Virus record (IMG/VR): IMGVR_UViG_3300050821_014397
Source: an uncultured virus (IMG/VR IMGVR_UViG_3300050821_014397)
Lineage: Duplodnaviria > Heunggongvirae > Uroviricota > Caudoviricetes
DNA length: 20,000 nt
Direction: 5' to 3' (one strand)
The notes beneath the pieces were generated by a model. It saw nothing but the letters and a program-made list of their open reading frames with translations, searched no databases and was not told the DNA's origin. Each line of letters begins with the position of its first letter. The stretch's first letter is position 1. Below, in pieces: positions 17,062 to 20,000 of the stretch. Made by a program: the position numbers and the translations under genes.

Positions 17062-17175
17062 CACGATGGCCACAAAGAAGAGCAGCCAGCCCAGGAAGCC
17101 GAAATAATGCCCGACAATCGCCGAGCCCACCACCCCGACGATGATGCCCAGCCAGCTGTTACTGAAATCCTTCAT
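17020..17175 (-). CDS. Small two-TM membrane protein (51 aa)
   Basis: MKDFSNSWLGIIVGVVGSAIVGHYFGFLGWLLFFVAIVLFVLKHSKDAGQV; convergent with and overlapping the ejection-gene end. Confidence 0.6.
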   Translation of the reverse strand: MKDFSNSWLGIIVGVVGSAIVGHYFGFLGWLLFFVAIVLFVLKHSKDAGQV

Positions 17176-17233
17176 ACCGTCAACAGACGGTCTTACCCTG
17201 GCCCCGGATGCCCGCCTGGGGTGAAACCGGAAG

Positions 17234-17249
17234 TGTTTCACGTGAAACA
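17234..17249. promoter_or_regulatory. parS: parS centromere-like site (perfect consensus)
   Basis: TGTTTCACGTGAAACA, a 16/16 match to the chromosomal ParB/Spo0J site. A degenerate copy GGTTTCACGAAAAACA is at 17253-17268 and a half-site at 17221-17228. Confidence 0.88.
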
Positions 17250-17366
17250 GCAGGTTTCACGAAAAACACAAACCTGCAATGGAAATGCGCTACCATGAAC
17301 CGCGAAAGGCCGTGCACCCCTGATGGGATACGCGCAACCTGAAACATTAGAAAGGATTTACGTAAA

Positions 17367-17972
17367 ATGAACGGACAACTTTGCTACATCACGCCGGTTG
17401 GTTCCGGCCACCCGGATCAGGGTCTGCCGCCGGGTGTCCCCGGTGCGCCCGACCAGGGCTTGCCCACGCCCCCTGGCATCTGGCCGCCAGACTCGCTGCC
17501 GCCGCTGCCGCCTGGATTTGAGCCCCCGGTAGGCACTTGGCCACCGCAACGGCCCACCGTCCCCTCACATCCCATCGTGATTCATCCGCCGCATCCCGGC
17601 CATCGCCCGCCCCTGTCGCCGGGCGGAGGACATCCCAGCCAGGGGCTTCCGGGTGCGCCTGGACACCCCAGCCAGGGCCTGCCGGTAGCGCCTGGGCTGC
17701 CCAGCCAGGGCCTGCCTGGGACGCCGCCTGCGCCCGATCAGGGGCTGCCGGGTGCGCCGCCGGAAGTGGACAACACATTGCCCATGCCGCCAGCCACCGT
17801 CTGGCCGCCCTTGCCCCCGGGCACCGGAATCGCGGGCAAGTGCCTCATCCTGGTTTGGATCGTGGGCGTGGGCTATCGCTGGCTGGTGGTTCAGGGCACG
17901 GATACGTGGCCTCCGCAGCTTCCGCCGGGACGCCCCGACCAGGGCCTGCCGCCGGTCCCTCAACCCAAGTAA
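17367..17972 (+). CDS. Proline-rich repeat protein (P[D/S]QGLP x7)
   Basis: 201 aa; AAAGGA SD; seven P[D/S]QGLP units, one DNTLP variant, four WPP motifs, and a short hydrophobic LILVWIVGVGYRWLVV segment. Confidence 0.8.
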   Translation: MNGQLCYITPVGSGHPDQGLPPGVPGAPDQGLPTPPGIWPPDSLPPLPPGFEPPVGTWPPQRPTVPSHPIVIHPPHPGHRPPLSPGGGHPSQGLPGAPGHPSQGLPVAPGLPSQGLPGTPPAPDQGLPGAPPEVDNTLPMPPATVWPPLPPGTGIAGKCLILVWIVGVGYRWLVVQGTDTWPPQLPPGRPDQGLPPVPQPK

Positions 17973-18012
17973 AAAAAAAATAGGGGGTGGCTCACCCGGT
18001 GAGCTACCCCCT
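17971..18012 (-). terminator. Intrinsic terminator, U-tract on the - strand
   Basis: 14-bp stem AGGGGGTGGCTCAC/GTGAGCTACCCCCT with A10 at 17971-17980; positioned to end the RHH transcript. Confidence 0.8.
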
Positions 18013-18029
18013 GACAAGGAGAACGAACA

Positions 18030-18161
18030 ATGCCTCCTCTGGGCAATTACGCACAGCAACAACAACAGCCCGGCCAGCAGACGCAAGGTGCCCCCAGCGC
18101 ACCGCCTCCGCAGCCGCTTCCACAGAATGGCCCCGTCCCGCGCGGTCCCCAGCCGCGCTAG
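18030..18161 (+). CDS. Small Pro/Gln-rich peptide (43 aa)
   Basis: AAGGAG SD 8 nt upstream; MPPLGNYAQQQQQPGQQTQGAPSAPPPQPLPQNGPVPRGPQPR; shares a CTAG with the convergent RHH stop. Confidence 0.5.
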   Translation: MPPLGNYAQQQQQPGQQTQGAPSAPPPQPLPQNGPVPRGPQPR

Positions 18162-18466
18162 GCGGCCTGCCCCTTCTGCTTGTCGAGTTCATGGGCGAGG
18201 CGCACCGCCGAACGCGCAATGGCGTGCAGCCGCCGGATGCGGTCCTGCATGGGGCTGAGCTTGCGCACGGGCTTCAGGTCTTCCTCCTGATCGAGGCGCT
18301 GCCGGATGAAGGCGCGCAACAGATCGCCGTAAGAGTAGCCGGGACGTTCCACTCGCGCCCTCTCGAGAAGCACGGTCAATGCCCGATAATCGTCCCCCGA
18401 CACCAGCACACTGATCTGCTTGGAGGAACGGAACAGCTGTGGACGTCCCTGCATGATGGCTTTCAT
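18158..18466 (-). CDS. Ribbon-helix-helix-like transcriptional regulator
   Basis: KQISVLVS strand followed by two helices (DDYRALTVLLER...SYGDLLRAFIRQRL); start ATG 18466 preferred. Confidence 0.6.
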   Translation of the reverse strand: MKAIMQGRPQLFRSSKQISVLVSGDDYRALTVLLERARVERPGYSYGDLLRAFIRQRLDQEEDLKPVRKLSPMQDRIRRLHAIARSAVRLAHELDKQKGQAA

Positions 18467-18535
18467 TTTATATTTGTTTTCCCGCTGGGAAAAGACTTTT
18501 CTTCCAGGTACTGTATTTTGCGATAACCTGCATGC

Positions 18536-18943
18536 ATGGCGAAGCAACAGGACATCACCGTCTTCCAGGGCGACAACTGGGCCGCCATGGTCACGGTCTC
18601 TAACCCCGACCGCACCCCAGCCGATTTGACCGGCTACACGGCCAAGGCGCAGATGCGCGAGGGGATCGCGGACCAGTCGTGGTTCGTCGCGGCGGAGTTC
18701 ACCTGCGCCGTCGTCCTGCCCAACCTGATCTCGCTCTCGCTCACCAGCGACCAGACCACGCTCCTGAGGCAGAGCGCCTACCTGTGGGACTTGCAGGTCG
18801 TCTCACCCGCTGGCATCGTCAGCACGCTGCTCGGCGGTGCGGTGCAGATCCTCTTCGAGGTGACGCGCATCGTGCAAACCCCCATATCGCCGGTCGATGC
18901 GCGGCAGCTGGCCGAGGCCGACGCGCTGAGGAGGAATCGATGA
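18536..18943 (+). CDS. Tail-fibre adaptor-like Ig/beta-sandwich protein (BppU/LtfC-like)
   Basis: ITVFQGD...[12 protein letters not shown]...[10 protein letters not shown]...YLWDLQV...LLGGAV..EVTR pattern common in phage tail adaptor proteins; TAACCT 6 nt before ATG, no SD. Confidence 0.7.
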   Translation: MAKQQDITVFQGDNWAAMVTVSNPDRTPADLTGYTAKAQMREGIADQSWFVAAEFTCAVVLPNLISLSLTSDQTTLLRQSAYLWDLQVVSPAGIVSTLLGGAVQILFEVTRIVQTPISPVDARQLAEADALRRNR

Positions 18944-19242
18944 GCCAAGCGAGCTTCACCGCCAGCCTGCCGGGCGTCTCCGGCTTTACCGCCGCGCTCG
19001 CGCCGGGCATCCCGATCCCCGGCCCCGTAGGGCCACAGGGACCGCAGGGCGTCCCCGGGCCGACCGGGCCGATAGGACCGCTGGGCGTCGGCCCGATGGG
19101 GCCTGCCGGGCCGCAGGGCATCCCCGGCAATCAGGGCGTCCCCGGCCCGCAAGGGCCGCCCGGACCACCCGGGCCGAGCTACCTCGCGGTGCTCCAGCAG
19201 CTCGAGCAGCGCATCGCGGCCCTCGAGAGCAAGATGGGCTAG
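18940..19242 (+). CDS. Short collagen-like (Gly-X-Y) fibre protein with C-terminal coiled coil
   Basis: ATGA-coupled start MSQASF; about 17 GPx/GxP triplets with one interruption; ends [14 protein letters not shown]. Confidence 0.85.
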   Translation: MSQASFTASLPGVSGFTAALAPGIPIPGPVGPQGPQGVPGPTGPIGPLGVGPMGPAGPQGIPGNQGVPGPQGPPGPPGPSYLAVLQQLEQRIAALESKMG

Positions 19243-19246
19243 CCCC

Positions 19247-20000
19247 ATGGCCGCGCCCGACCTCGATTACTTCGAAAAGAATTTCGCGTTCCTCCCGGCG
19301 AACGTGCAGAACGCCGTGCGCGAGCAGCTGGTGCGGCTGCGGGGCGGCGATCCGGTGGTCGAGTCGCGCGAGAACTTCCTCTCCTTCGTGCGCCGCGTCT
19401 GGCCGCAGTACGTCCATGGCCGCCACCACGACGTCATGGCGGAGGCCTTCGAGCGCATCGAGCGCGGCGAGCTGAAGCGCTGCATCATCAACATGCCGCC
19501 GCGCTCGACCAAGAGCCGCTTCACGAGCATCCTGTTTCCGGCATGGTATCTGGGCCGCCACCCGGAACGGAAGATCTTCGAGGCCTCTCACTCGGCCTCG
19601 CTCAGTGGCGACTTCGGGCGCGACCTGCGCAACCTCGTGCGCACCGAGGAGTACCAGGAGATCTTCCCCGGCGTGATCCTGCGCCAGGACTCGCGCGCGG
19701 CCCACCGCTGGAGCACCAAGCAGGGCGGCGAGTACTTCGCGATTGGGAAGACCGGCGGCGCTGCCGGTAAGGGCGGCGATCTGGTCGTGATCGACGATCC
19801 CCATTCGGAGCAGGACGTCCTCAAGAACGCGCGCCATGAGTTCGCCAAGACCTGGAGCTGGTATCTGGCCGGGCCGCGCCAGCGCCTCCAGCCGGGCGCG
19901 GCAATTCTGGTCGTGATGACGCGCTGGGGGCCGGAGGATCTCACCGGCCAGCTGATCCGGCAGTACACCGAGACCGACGAGGAGCTGGAGCGCTGGGAGG
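19247..20000 (+). CDS. terL: Terminase large subunit, N-terminal ATPase domain (partial)
   Basis: Not in the ORF track (no stop in window). MAAPDLDYFEKN...; Walker A IINMPPRSTKS, Walker B DLVVIDDPH, coupling motif VVMTRW. Confidence 0.93.
   Translation, partial: MAAPDLDYFEKNFAFLPANVQNAVREQLVRLRGGDPVVESRENFLSFVRRVWPQYVHGRHHDVMAEAFERIERGELKRCIINMPPRSTKSRFTSILFPAWYLGRHPERKIFEASHSASLSGDFGRDLRNLVRTEEYQEIFPGVILRQDSRAAHRWSTKQGGEYFAIGKTGGAAGKGGDLVVIDDPHSEQDVLKNARHEFAKTWSWYLAGPRQRLQPGAAILVVMTRWGPEDLTGQLIRQYTETDEELERWE

Larger units (their letters stand above)
1..20000. mobile_element. Temperate Caudoviricetes genome segment (free phage or prophage interior)
   Basis: Portal, TerL, integrase, xis-like and ejection genes across the window; no host genes; phage genes on both sides of int. 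Confidence 0.9.

Noticed and set aside
17285..17360. Possible riboswitch upstream of the Pro-rich gene
   Set aside because: Only short hairpins; I could not match any known aptamer consensus by eye.
17410..17955. Repeated CCAGGGCCTGCC-like units as a CRISPR or DNA repeat array
   Set aside because: Irregular spacing and synonymous third-position variation show protein-level QGLP repeats.
17965..18012. A10 run plus hairpin as a programmed frameshift extending the Pro-rich gene
   Set aside because: The in-frame TAA comes at the start of the A run, so ribosomes stop first. A - strand terminator explains it.

Overview
The whole window reads as part of a high-GC temperate tailed phage genome, probably a podovirus-like phage with ejected internal proteins. 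I saw no host housekeeping genes. From left to right: a partial virion-type ORF and a P22-like portal (- strand); a divergent operon of small early/accessory genes ending in an excisionase-like HTH that converges on a tyrosine integrase; an AT-rich attP-like/regulatory gap; an Acb2/Tad1-like anti-defence gene coupled to a putative capsid-decoration gene (-); a GNAT-like gene and four large low-complexity internal-virion/ejection genes (+), one Gln-rich with 11-residue periodicity and one with an NNPG lysozyme-like domain; a small antisense membrane gene; a perfect chromosomal-type parS site; a PxQGLP-repeat protein; an RHH regulator; a tail-adaptor-like gene; a collagen-like gene; and the 5' part of the large terminase. 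The most striking features are non-coding. An AACCTGCAAT motif recurs in the divergent intergenic gaps. Two promoter-uORF-terminator leaders with a shared motif sit directly before virion genes. One of those terminator loops is perfectly complementary (11 nt) to the integrase ribosome-binding site. The integrase leader can also fold over its own start codon. Family assignments come from remembered motifs only; no database searches were run.
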